Of a stretch of DNA of 64,000 bases, positions 16,841 to 25,952 are shown one piece after another (within the stretch, counting starts at the first letter, position 1; every line of letters begins with the position of its first letter). The DNA lies in NCBI GenBank assembly GCA_023700805.1, contig JAMPYF010000004.1, positions 9,341-73,340 on the forward strand. The letters run 5' to 3'. Below the pieces are notes generated by a model. It was given only the letters and a program-made list of their open reading frames with translations. It searched no databases and was not told the origin of the DNA. The stretch comes from Sulfuritalea sp. Lineage in GTDB: Bacteria > Pseudomonadota > Gammaproteobacteria > Burkholderiales > Rhodocyclaceae. Both the position numbers and the translations under genes were made by a program.

Positions 16841-19165
16841 TCAGAACGCATAGGACACGCCGGCGCGCAGGATCAGCGGCGTGTAGCTGCCGGCATTGCC
16901 CTGGCTGGCCTGCGCCGCGAGCACGTTGCGCACGCCGCCGACCGTGCTCAGTTGCACCCGCGTGGCATATTCCCGGTCGGTCAGGTTGATCGCATGCAGC
17001 CACAACGACCATTGCTTGCTGCGGTAGCTGGCGCGCAGGCTGAGCAGGTCCGGCCGCTGGTAGCTGCCGTTGTCGTTGGTGTTGTCCACGTAGTAGTCGG
17101 AAATGTGGTCGGCCTCCAGTTCCACCAGCCAGCCCGGCGCCGGCTTGAGGCCGAGGCGCAGGTTCAGCTTGTGCTTCGGCGCCGCCTGGTAGGTCTTGCC
17201 GCTGTAGTCGAAGGTGGTGGTCTTGTAGTCGGGGAACCAGACGCGCTGCCAGGTGTAGGTGGCGCCCAGGTCGAGCCAGGAATTGATGTTCCAGTTCAAC
17301 ATCGATTCCAGGCCCCGGGCCGCGGCCTTGCCCGCCGCGTCGTTGATGGTGCAGGCCAGGCCGCCGTTGTAGAGCGTCTGCTCGGCGGCCGAGCAGTTGC
17401 GGGTGATGATGAAGCCCTCGCTCTGGGCATCGTAGTAGGTCAGGTCGTAGTGCAGGCCGAGATTGCCGAAGCGTCCGCGCAGGCCGATTTCCCGGGTCAC
17501 GCCGCGCTCGGGCGCCAGCGCCTGGCCGATCACGTTATTCACCGTGGGTACGGCGAAGGAGTCGATCAGGCTCGATGTGGATTGCGGATTGAAGGTTTCG
17601 CCGTGGTTGGCCCAGACCAGGTGGCTGCGGTTCAACTCGTAGGTGGCGCCCAGGCGCAGCACATCGCCCCGGCGCGTCATCGTCACGTCCTTGTCGGCGG
17701 CCGTGCGGTCATCCACCGCGTAGTCGATCTTGCCGAAGCGCTGGCCCAGATGCAGGCGCAGCCGGTCGAGCGGCGAAAACTCGACATGGACGAAGGGCGT
17801 GGTTTCCCTGGTATTGGTCAGCGAGCCCTGGCCGCTGGCGGTCATGCTGCCCTGCGCCCACATGCCGGCCTGGGCCTGCAGCGCGCTGTAGCTGTTGTTG
17901 TAGGTGGTCGAGTCGCTTGCGACCTCGACCGCTTCGGCGCCGACATAGGCGGTGGTCTGCGCCAGGTCGAACTCCTGCCGGTACATGGCCAGGGTGGTCT
18001 TGGTCACGATCGCCGATTTCTTGATCGTGTTGGTGATGCTGGGCGCGCCGAAATTGACGTCCTGGCATCTCACCTTGCCCGGCGTCGCGGCGCCGGTCCA
18101 GTCGCAGATCACGTTGTTGGCGCCGCCGGAACCGCCGTTGCCGTTGTTGATGCCGTCGTCGGTGATCCGGGTGTGCGCCAGGCTCAGTTCGCCGCGTTCG
18201 CCGACCAGTTGCTGCAGGCGCAGCGAGGTGGTTGCGTAGCGGTCGATGTATTGGCCGTAGGAACCTGGCACCACCTGCTGCCAGTCGTTCTCGAGATGGA
18301 CGCTGCGCAGGTTGGTGCCGTTGACCGCGACATTCTTCAGCTTGGCCGCCTCGGCCGCATTCAGCGGTATCGGCCCGGCCCAGCGGTAGTCGTAATCCAG
18401 CCGGCTGTAGCCCAGCGTCAGCCGGGTCGAATCGGTCGGCCGCAGCAGGGTGCGCAAGCTCAGGCCGTCCTTGTGCTCGGCCGCGGCGTCGTTGGCGCCC
18501 GGCGCGGTGTTCTTGCGCCAGCCGTCGTTGTCCAGCGTGCTGCCGGTGACGATGAAGCCGATCCGTCCGTCGGCCAACGACGTTCCGGCATGGGCCTTGG
18601 TACGCTGCAGGCCCCAACTGCCGAACTCCTGCGACAGCCGGGCCCTGAAATCCTGCGGCGGCTGGCGGGTGAATACGCTGATGGTGCCGCCGAAGGCGCC
18701 GCTGCCGTAAAGCGCCGAGGCCGGACCGGTGATGACCTCGATGCGCTCGATGTCGGCCGTGTCGATTTCGTCGAGCACCGAGGTGTTGGTCGCCGTGGCG
18801 CGCATGCCGTCGATGCGGTTCTCGGTATAGAGCTTGCCGCCGTCGGGAAAGCGCATGTTGCGGATCATCGCGATGCCGGGCACGCGCTTGCCGAGTTCGA
18901 GCAGATTGTTGCCAAGCTGCAGATGGTCGAGTTGCTCCGCGCTCACCACTGCGCCCGAGATCGGCGTGTATTCGGTCAGCCGGCCGAGCTCGGTGCGCAG
19001 CTGCACCGGCTTGTTCGACTCGGCCGAGACCTTCATCTCCTTGAGCCGGGCCTCCGTCTCGTCGGCCAGCGCCGCGCCCGTGCCGCAGATGCCGAGCACC
19101 GCCGCCGCAAGGCGCGCGCGCCGCCGGCTGCGCCGCTGGATGAGCGATGAAGAATTGCGGACCAT
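16841..19165 (-). CDS. TonB-dependent outer-membrane receptor
   Basis: IERIEVITGPASALYGSGAFGG plug motif, NLTDREY, terminal SYAF; start refined to ATG 19165. Confidence 0.92.
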   Translation of the reverse strand: MVRNSSSLIQRRSRRRARLAAAVLGICGTGAALADETEARLKEMKVSAESNKPVQLRTELGRLTEYTPISGAVVSAEQLDHLQLGNNLLELGKRVPGIAMIRNMRFPDGGKLYTENRIDGMRATATNTSVLDEIDTADIERIEVITGPASALYGSGAFGGTISVFTRQPPQDFRARLSQEFGSWGLQRTKAHAGTSLADGRIGFIVTGSTLDNDGWRKNTAPGANDAAAEHKDGLSLRTLLRPTDSTRLTLGYSRLDYDYRWAGPIPLNAAEAAKLKNVAVNGTNLRSVHLENDWQQVVPGSYGQYIDRYATTSLRLQQLVGERGELSLAHTRITDDGINNGNGGSGGANNVICDWTGAATPGKVRCQDVNFGAPSITNTIKKSAIVTKTTLAMYRQEFDLAQTTAYVGAEAVEVASDSTTYNNSYSALQAQAGMWAQGSMTASGQGSLTNTRETTPFVHVEFSPLDRLRLHLGQRFGKIDYAVDDRTAADKDVTMTRRGDVLRLGATYELNRSHLVWANHGETFNPQSTSSLIDSFAVPTVNNVIGQALAPERGVTREIGLRGRFGNLGLHYDLTYYDAQSEGFIITRNCSAAEQTLYNGGLACTINDAAGKAAARGLESMLNWNINSWLDLGATYTWQRVWFPDYKTTTFDYSGKTYQAAPKHKLNLRLGLKPAPGWLVELEADHISDYYVDNTNDNGSYQRPDLLSLRASYRSKQWSLWLHAINLTDREYATRVQLSTVGGVRNVLAAQASQGNAGSYTPLILRAGVSYAF

Positions 19166-19217
19166 GGTGAAGGACTCCCTGTGATGTGGAATGGATTTCT
19201 GCGGCGGGCAGACAGGC

Positions 19218-19628
19218 CTAGCGCGGCGGTTCGGTGACGAAGGCGATGCGGCTGATGCCGGCCTTCTGCGCGGCGGCGAGGATCTCGGCCACCTTGTCGT
19301 AGCGCGTGGCGCGATCGGCGCGCAGGTGCAGTTCGGGATTGCGGCCGGCCGTCGCGGCGAAATGGCCTTCCAGGGCGCTGCGCCCGGCCGGCGCGCCGTC
19401 GAGGTAGTAGCGGCCCTCGGCATCGAGCGCGAGCTGGATCAGCAGCGGCTTGTTTTCGATGCGTTGCGCCGCGACCTGCGGCAGGTCGATCGGCACGGCC
19501 TGGTGCAGCACCGGGATGGTGATGATGAAAATCACCAGGAGCACCAGCATCACGTCCACCAGCGGCGTGGTGTTGATCTCCGCCATGGGCTGGACGCCGC
19601 CGCCTTCGCTGAAGGAACCGAATGCCAT
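19218..19628 (-). CDS. exbD: ExbD/TolR
   Basis: AEINTTPLVDVMLVLLVIF; LRAD. Confidence 0.93.
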   Translation of the reverse strand: MAFGSFSEGGGVQPMAEINTTPLVDVMLVLLVIFIITIPVLHQAVPIDLPQVAAQRIENKPLLIQLALDAEGRYYLDGAPAGRSALEGHFAATAGRNPELHLRADRATRYDKVAEILAAAQKAGISRIAFVTEPPR

Positions 19629-19635
19629 GGCGCGC

Positions 19636-20370
19636 TCAGGCGGCCTGCCGCACCAGGGCGGCGGGCGCCGCGCCGGCAAGCGGACCCGTCGCGGCCGGGC
19701 GGCGGACGCCGGTGGTGAAGTAGGCGTGCAAGTCGTGGGCGAAGCCGTCGAGCTGCGCCAGTACCAGCCGGTTGGCGCGGGTCAGCGCGTTGTAGGCGAG
19801 CACCGCCGGAATCGCCACGAAAAGCCCCGCCGCGGTCATGATCAGCGCTTCGCCGACCGGACCGGCGACCCGGTCCAGTACCACGCTGCTGGAGCCGGAC
19901 AGCGCGACCAGCGCGTGGTAGATGCCCCAGACCGTGCCGAAGAGGCCGATGAAGGGCGCGGTGGAGCCCACCGAGGCGAGGAAGGTGAGCCCGCTTTCGA
20001 GGCTGGCCTGCGCCGCCAGCATGTGATTGCGCAAGGCGCGCGTGATCGATTCGGAGAGGCTGACGCCGGCGCCGATGCAAGTGGCCGAATCGTAGCTCTG
20101 GTGATTGCGCGCACAGGCGCGCGCCATGCCGGTAAACAGGCCGCTGCGGTCGGCCGCGGCGATCGCCTGCAGCGCCTCGGGCAGCGCCGGCGCCTGCCAG
20201 AAGGCCTCGGGCGCGCGCTCGCTGGCCAGGCCGATGCGCAACTGGCGTGCGACGCGGCCGGCGATCAGCGCCCAGCTGGCGATGGACAGCAGCAGCAGGA
20301 TCAGGGCCGTGGCATGGATGACCGCGTCGCCTTGCTGCCAGAAGTGCGTCAGACCGAATTGAGTTTGCAT
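19636..20370 (-). CDS. exbB: ExbB/TolQ proton channel
   Basis: STAPFIGLFGTVWGI, EALIMTAAGL. Confidence 0.92.
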   Translation of the reverse strand: MQTQFGLTHFWQQGDAVIHATALILLLLSIASWALIAGRVARQLRIGLASERAPEAFWQAPALPEALQAIAAADRSGLFTGMARACARNHQSYDSATCIGAGVSLSESITRALRNHMLAAQASLESGLTFLASVGSTAPFIGLFGTVWGIYHALVALSGSSSVVLDRVAGPVGEALIMTAAGLFVAIPAVLAYNALTRANRLVLAQLDGFAHDLHAYFTTGVRRPAATGPLAGAAPAALVRQAA

Positions 20371-20376
20371 AATGGA

Positions 20377-21027
20377 TCAGCTTTCCAGTTGGAAGGTGAT
20401 GGGGACCTGGACCCAGGCAGCGATGGTCTGCTCGCCGCGCCGCGCCGGGACGAAGCGCCAGCGGCCGACGGCTTCCTGGGCGGCCCGGTCGAGGCGGGCG
20501 AAGCCGCTGCCGAGCTTGAGTTCGACTTTCTCGGCCAGCCCGGCGGCGCTGACATAGACGCGCAGCAGCACCTGGCCCTGCTCGCCGAGCCGGCGCGACG
20601 CATGCGGATAGATCGGCTGCGGGTTGTCCAGGTAATCGGCATCGAAGCGCGCCGCGGTGATCGCCGGCGCGAGCGCGGCGGCTACGGGACCCGCCGGCGC
20701 CGCTTGCGCCGCCTGCACCGGCACGACAAAGCTCGCCGGCGTCTCGCCGGGCGCATTGGATGTCAGCAACGGCGCCGCAGCCGGCGGCTGCGCGGGCCGC
20801 GGCCGCGCTGGCCTGGGGGGCCTGGCCGCTTGCGGCTTGGGCAGTTCCGGCAGGATCTCGACCAGGCGCACCGCGATGGGTTTGAGGGTCTGCGTCAGCG
20901 CTTCGGTCGGCACCACCGTCGCGACCAGAAGCAGCAGCACCGCATGGGCCGCCGCCGCGCCGGCAAGCGGGAACAGCGGGCGTTCGGCCCGGTCGATCCC
21001 GGGCGGGCGCGGAAACAGGATACCCAT
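20377..21027 (-). CDS. tonB: energy transducer TonB
   Basis: TM with His, Pro-rich linker, YPHASRRLGEQGQV...SGFARLDRAA...WRF. Confidence 0.9.
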   Translation of the reverse strand: MGILFPRPPGIDRAERPLFPLAGAAAAHAVLLLLVATVVPTEALTQTLKPIAVRLVEILPELPKPQAARPPRPARPRPAQPPAAAPLLTSNAPGETPASFVVPVQAAQAAPAGPVAAALAPAITAARFDADYLDNPQPIYPHASRRLGEQGQVLLRVYVSAAGLAEKVELKLGSGFARLDRAAQEAVGRWRFVPARRGEQTIAAWVQVPITFQLES

Positions 21028-21205
21028 CGGCTTCAGTAAGGCACGGCGACTGCGGCGGCGAAACGGCGGTTCATGGCTTGCGGCCCTCGGCGAACAATGG
21101 CGCGCATTGTGAAGTGCGGCGGACCGCCGCCGCTGCGACAGAAAGCCGCATGCGGCCATCTGTCGCGCGGCATGTCGTCGCACATCGGCGGGTCCGGCCG
21201 GTTTG

Positions 21206-21219
21206 TTGAGCGCGATCAA
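21206..21219. promoter_or_regulatory. FNR/DNR-like box between divergent tonB and nirN
   Basis: TTGAG-CGCG-ATCAA. Confidence 0.7.
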
Positions 21220-21331
21220 GGACGCGCACCGGCATGCCGCTGCAGACTCGTGCTGCAGGCGCGCGCGGCCGATTCGAGCCGACGGTGCGCTAAGCTGCAG
21301 GCCGCGTTTCACTCGCAAATCCAAGGGGACG

Positions 21332-22987
21332 ATGCACAACATGAAGCCATCCTTCGCTGCCGCCGCGATCGCCGAACCGGCGACGCCCTGGAAAGTCCGC
21401 CTCCTGAAATGTGCCGCGAGTCTCGGCCTGCTGGCTTCCGCCGTGGTCGCAACGGGCGCCACTGCCGCCGATGCCCCGGCGCTCTACCAGCAGCATTGCG
21501 CGGTCTGCCACGGCGCCGGCCGGCTCGGCCTGACCGGGCCGGCGCTGCTGCCGGAAAGCCTCGCGCGGCTGAGGAAGCCCGAGGCGATCAAGACGATTGC
21601 CGCGGGCCGCGCCGCGACCCAGATGCTGGGTTTCGCCGACCGCCTGAGCAAGGAGGAGATCGCCGCGCTGGCCGACTACATCTATACCGCCGTGTCGCCA
21701 GCGCCAACTCTTGCAGAAGCCGACATCAAGGCCTCGCGCGTGGCCTATTTCGCGCCCGGCAGCCTGCCGGCCAAACCCGCCGCGGTGTTCCGGGGCGTGG
21801 ATATGATGAATCTGTTCATCGTGGTCGAGACCGGCGACCACCACGTCACGGTGCTCGACGGCGACAAGCTGGAGCCGATCCACCGCTTCCCCAGCCGCTA
21901 TGCGCTGCACGGCGGGCCGAAGTTCACGCCCGACGGACGCTATGTCTTCTTCGCTTCGCGCGACGGCTGGATCACCAAGTTCGACATCTGGAACCTCAAG
22001 GTGGTGGCGGAGATCCGCGCCGGCATCAACACGCGCAACGTCGCCGTCTCGGGCGACGGCAAGTACCTGGCGGTGGCCAACTACCTGCCGCATACGCTGG
22101 TGCTGCTCGATGCCGACCTGAACCTGCTCAAGGTGCATGAGGTGTGGGACAAGGAGCGCAAGGAAAGCTCACGCGTTTCCGCCGTGTATGACGCCGCGCC
22201 GCGCCAGAGCTTCGTCGCCGCGCTGAAGGACGTGCCCGAGGTCTGGGAGATCAGCTACAACCCGAAGGTCGACGACATCCCGGTCGGCATGGTGCATGAC
22301 TTCAAGTACAAGGAAGGCGCCTTCATTCCCGGCTTTCTCAATCCGCGCCGCACTTTCCTGTCCGAACCGCTCGACGACTTCTTCTTCACCCAGAACTATG
22401 CCGAGCTCATGGGCTCCTCGCGCTCCGCCGGCAAGGGCCAGGTGGTGCACCTCGACGTGCGCAAGAAGATCGCCGACCTCCAACTGCCCGGCATGCCGCA
22501 CCTGGGCTCGGGCATCACCTGGCAGTACAAGCCGCCGCAGGGCGCGCAGGATCGCACCGTGATGGCCACGCCCAACCTCAAGGAAGGCCTGGTCACCGTG
22601 ATCGACATGAAGGACTGGAGCACGGTCAAGACCATCCCGACCCTCGGCCCCGGCTTCTTCATGCGCAGCCACGAGAACACGCCCTACGCCTGGACCGATT
22701 CGATGATGTCGAAGGGCAAGGACACGCTGCAGGTGATCGACAAGCGCACGCTGGAGAAGGTCGCCGAAGTGAAGACCGATCCGGGCAAGACCCTGGCCCA
22801 CGTCGAATTCACGCGCGACGGCAAGTACGTGCTGGCCAGCCTGTGGGAGCGCAGGGCCGACGGCGGCGCGCTGATCGTGTTCGACGCCGCGACGTTCAGG
22901 GAAGTCAAGCGCATACCGATGGACAAGCCGGTCGGCAAGTACAACCTCTACAACAAGATCAACCGCTCGGAGGGCACCAGCCACTGA
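21332..22987 (+). CDS. nirN: NirN, c-type cytochrome with d1-binding beta-propeller (dihydro-heme d1 dehydrogenase)
   Basis: CAVCH heme c motif, ALHGGPKF, GMPHLGSG, C-terminal GKYNLYNKINRSEGTSH. Confidence 0.85.
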   Translation: MHNMKPSFAAAAIAEPATPWKVRLLKCAASLGLLASAVVATGATAADAPALYQQHCAVCHGAGRLGLTGPALLPESLARLRKPEAIKTIAAGRAATQMLGFADRLSKEEIAALADYIYTAVSPAPTLAEADIKASRVAYFAPGSLPAKPAAVFRGVDMMNLFIVVETGDHHVTVLDGDKLEPIHRFPSRYALHGGPKFTPDGRYVFFASRDGWITKFDIWNLKVVAEIRAGINTRNVAVSGDGKYLAVANYLPHTLVLLDADLNLLKVHEVWDKERKESSRVSAVYDAAPRQSFVAALKDVPEVWEISYNPKVDDIPVGMVHDFKYKEGAFIPGFLNPRRTFLSEPLDDFFFTQNYAELMGSSRSAGKGQVVHLDVRKKIADLQLPGMPHLGSGITWQYKPPQGAQDRTVMATPNLKEGLVTVIDMKDWSTVKTIPTLGPGFFMRSHENTPYAWTDSMMSKGKDTLQVIDKRTLEKVAEVKTDPGKTLAHVEFTRDGKYVLASLWERRADGGALIVFDAATFREVKRIPMDKPVGKYNLYNKINRSEGTSH

Positions 22988-23025
22988 GCCTGGTAGTCAG
23001 TCAAACTCGATCTGACGGGAAAATC

Positions 23026-23127
23026 TCACCACCAAGACACCAAGTTCACCAAGGGACACCAAGAACTTCTCGTTCTTCTATCGGTTTCTCTTGGTGCATC
23101 TTTGTGTCCTTGGCGTCTTGGTGGTGA
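23026..23127. repeat. intergenic inverted repeat of CACCAAGACACCAAG units (copy 1)
   Basis: TCACCACCAAGACACCAAG... / ...CTTGGCGTCTTGGTGGTGA; related copy at 38296-38391. Confidence 0.8.
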
Positions 23128-23214
23128 ATGCTCTTTTCTTGTTGACTACCTACTAGCCGCGCAGCGCCGGGCTGATGTATCGTTGCGGCATCGCGATACT
23201 CGAAGGACCCGGCC

Positions 23215-23511
23215 ATGAGTCACAAACACCGAAATGTCCTGCAGGCGATTTTCCACGATCCGCTGAGCAGCAATATCCAGTGGCGCGAAGTCGAGTCGCT
23301 GCTGCACCACCTCGGCGCCACGGTCGAACCGGGCCATGGCGCGCGCTTCCGCGTCGTTTTGAACCGGCATGAGTTCACGGTGCACCATCCGCACCACGGC
23401 AACGAGTTCGGCAAGACCGACGTCAAGTACCTGCGCGAATGCCTCGCCGCCGCCGGCGTCACGCTGTCGAGCTACGACGAGCAGCACAAGTCGGCCAGCG
23501 GCGATGGATGA
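23215..23511 (+). CDS. HicA-family protein (no adjacent HicB)
   Basis: NIQWREVESLL...GARFRV...HHPH, a HicA-like pattern. Confidence 0.7.
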   Translation: MSHKHRNVLQAIFHDPLSSNIQWREVESLLHHLGATVEPGHGARFRVVLNRHEFTVHHPHHGNEFGKTDVKYLRECLAAAGVTLSSYDEQHKSASGDG

Positions 23512-23764
23512 AACCCGGGCCGGCGATCCGCTGCACGGCGTCACGCTGAAAATGATCCTCGACAGCCTGGTCGCGCGCTATGGATGGGCGGAACTGGGGC
23601 AGCGCATCGATATCCGCTGCTTCACCCACGATCCGAGCATCGCCTCCAGCCTGAAGTTCCTGCGCCGCACGCCCTGGGCGCGGGAAAAGGTCGAGGCCCT
23701 GTATCTGCGCCTGCCGCGTTCGACGGCAGGGCGGCCACCGGCAGCGCCGCCGCGGCCGGGCTAG
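23504..23764 (+). CDS. DUF2132 (VF530-like) protein
   Basis: PLHGVTL...YGWAELG...PSIASSLKFLRRTPWAREKVEALY. Confidence 0.88.
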   Translation: MDETRAGDPLHGVTLKMILDSLVARYGWAELGQRIDIRCFTHDPSIASSLKFLRRTPWAREKVEALYLRLPRSTAGRPPAAPPRPG

Positions 23765-23832
23765 CGGCGGCGGCCGCCGCGGCGATGCACCGGCCAGCAA
23801 TGGCAGAATGAAAGCTCCATGGAGGCTCGATC

Positions 23833-24339
23833 ATGACTATCTCGATGTACGCAGCCAGCGCCCCGTGCTTCGTCAACATGCTGCGCAATCTCGACGCGAT
23901 CCTCGTCAGGGCACAGGATCATGCGGTCGCGAGGAAGATCGATCCGGCAGTCCTGCTCGGGGCGCGGCTGTTCCCGGACATGCTGCCCTTCGTCAAGCAG
24001 GTCCAGATCGCCACCGACCACGCCAAAGGGGCGGTCGCCCGGCTGGCGGGCGTGGCGGTGCCGAAGTTCGAGGACAGCGAACAAAGCTTCGAGGAACTTC
24101 GGGCGCGCCTCGCCCGGACGATCGAATTCGCCGAGTCCTTTTCCGCGGCGCAGATCGACGGTTCCGAAGAGCGGGAGATCGCCCTCAAGGTCGGCGGACA
24201 TGAAATGAGCTTCAAAGGCCTGCCCTACCTGGTCGGCTTCGCCTTGCCGAATTTCTATTTTCATCTGGTGACGGCGTACAACATACTGCGGCACAACGGC
24301 GTCGAAATCGGCAAGCGCGATTACATCGGCAGTCCCTAA
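23833..24339 (+). CDS. DUF1993 protein
   Basis: RLFPDMLP, LPNFYFHLVTAYNILRHNGVEIGKRDY. Confidence 0.9.
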   Translation: MTISMYAASAPCFVNMLRNLDAILVRAQDHAVARKIDPAVLLGARLFPDMLPFVKQVQIATDHAKGAVARLAGVAVPKFEDSEQSFEELRARLARTIEFAESFSAAQIDGSEEREIALKVGGHEMSFKGLPYLVGFALPNFYFHLVTAYNILRHNGVEIGKRDYIGSP

Positions 24340-24522
24340 CGCTCATGGCTCCGATGGATCATCCCGCACTATGAAATCTCGCAGCTTCGATGGGCCTCAA
24401 GCTGGCCAATGGGCCCGCCCCTCCCATCCTCCCCTCACGGGGAGGCTACTGATCGGCTCGCTGCGCTCGAACCTGACACAGCGCGCTTGGCGATGTGTTT
24501 CACGTTAACTGATCGAAGCGAC

Positions 24523-24777
24523 ATGCGCTCGACTCGTGCCACCGCTGCCCTGGCCAGGCTGAATTCGCGCAGCGAGGGCCATCAGTACCTGATGGTGCTC
24601 ACGGGCAGCGGCCAGTTCATTCTGCGCGAACGGACCGACGGCGGCGAGCGGCCGCTTTCCGAGGCCCTGGCGCTCGACGACTTCGTGCGCCTGCTGGATT
24701 CGATGGGGCCGAGAAAAGTTGTCCGCGTGACCAAGAGCGAGGCTGCCTTCATGAAGCAGTTGGGGAAAAAGACGTAA
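24523..24777 (+). CDS. hypothetical protein
   Basis: ORF with host-like codon usage from ATG 24523. Confidence 0.55.
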   Translation: MRSTRATAALARLNSRSEGHQYLMVLTGSGQFILRERTDGGERPLSEALALDDFVRLLDSMGPRKVVRVTKSEAAFMKQLGKKT

Positions 24778-24827
24778 CAGGCGTGCTGCGCGGAATTCCC
24801 GGACTTCGATCGGCTGCCCGCGGCGAT

Positions 24828-25274
24828 TCAGGGCTTGCGGCTCCACTTGCCGTCGGCGTCGCGCAGCCACCAGCCCGACTTCCACTGCTGGTGCCAGCGC
24901 GCGCGCATCAGTTCCCATATTTCCGGCTCGGCGTCGCGCCGGCCATTGCTGTCGGCCAGGGCCTGGATCAGCGCCTTGCGTTCCAGGTTTTCCACGTCGA
25001 TCAGCTTTTCCGCGATCTGGCGCTTGGCCAGCGACATCTTGAGGCCGTCGCGCAGGTAGATGAGGCCGTCCGCGCCCAGGGCGACTTCGCCGGCTTCGTA
25101 AAAGCGCACCAGGCGCGAAGTGCGCTGCGCCAGGGAGTGCTTGACGACGATGACCGACGGCGTGCCGATATCCAGGTTGATCGCCGGTTTGGCTGCCGCC
25201 TTGGCGGGTTCGGCGGCCTGGGCGTGGAGCGCGGGAAGGGCGAGACAGGCGAGCAGCAGGGCGATTCGTTTCAT
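24828..25274 (-). CDS. YdbL/DUF1318-like exported protein
   Basis: Signal peptide; ENLERKAL, GWWLRDADGKW. Confidence 0.7.
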   Translation of the reverse strand: MKRIALLLACLALPALHAQAAEPAKAAAKPAINLDIGTPSVIVVKHSLAQRTSRLVRFYEAGEVALGADGLIYLRDGLKMSLAKRQIAEKLIDVENLERKALIQALADSNGRRDAEPEIWELMRARWHQQWKSGWWLRDADGKWSRKP

Positions 25275-25290
25275 CGGGATTCCTAGGTTG

Positions 25291-25872
25291 TCATTTGCCG
25301 GCCAGCAGCAGCTTGAGGTCGGCGGCGATATTGGCCGGGGCTTCGCCATGGCGCAGCAGCAGGCGCAGCTTGCCCTGCGGATCGAAGGCGAAGCTGCCGG
25401 TGGAGTGATCGATGCTGTAGCTGCCCGGCGTCGAGCCGGGCTGCTTGGCATAGAACACCTTGAATTCCCTGGCCAGCGCGGCTATGCCATTTTCATCGGC
25501 GTAGAGGCCGAGGAAGCTCGGGTTGAAGGCCGGCACGTACTGCGCCAGCAGTTGCGGCGTGTCGCGCGCCGGGTCCACGGTGGCGAACAGCACCTGTACG
25601 CGTTTGGCATCTTCGCCGAGCAGCGCCATGGCGTCGCGCATGGTCGACAGCGTGGTGGGGCAGACGTCGGGGCACTGCGTGTAGCCGAAGAACAGCACCA
25701 CCGCCTTGCCCTTGAAATCGGCCAGGCGGCGCGGCTGGCCGTTGTGGTCGGTGAGGCTGAAATCCTTGCCCCAGTCGACCATCGACAGGTCGGTCGAGAC
25801 GAAACGCGGGGGTTCGGAACAGCCCGCCAGCAGCATGGCGCAGCAGAAAAAAATGGCCGACAGCAGTTTCAT
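25291..25872 (-). CDS. SCO1/SenC lipoprotein
   Basis: Lipobox LAGC, FFGYTQCPDVCPT, SIDH. Confidence 0.92.
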   Translation of the reverse strand: MKLLSAIFFCCAMLLAGCSEPPRFVSTDLSMVDWGKDFSLTDHNGQPRRLADFKGKAVVLFFGYTQCPDVCPTTLSTMRDAMALLGEDAKRVQVLFATVDPARDTPQLLAQYVPAFNPSFLGLYADENGIAALAREFKVFYAKQPGSTPGSYSIDHSTGSFAFDPQGKLRLLLRHGEAPANIAADLKLLLAGK

Positions 25873-25952
25873 GGAAGGGGCGATGCGAGGATGCAGGAAG
25901 GGCGTTCAGTGTACCATCCGGGTTGCCGTAATCCTTTCATAATTTTCGCGGG

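Noticed and set aside
21203-22987. nirS nitrite reductase
   Set aside because: The N- and C-terminal motifs and the nirJ context fit NirN; the long N-terminal extension in the ORF track overlaps the FNR-like box
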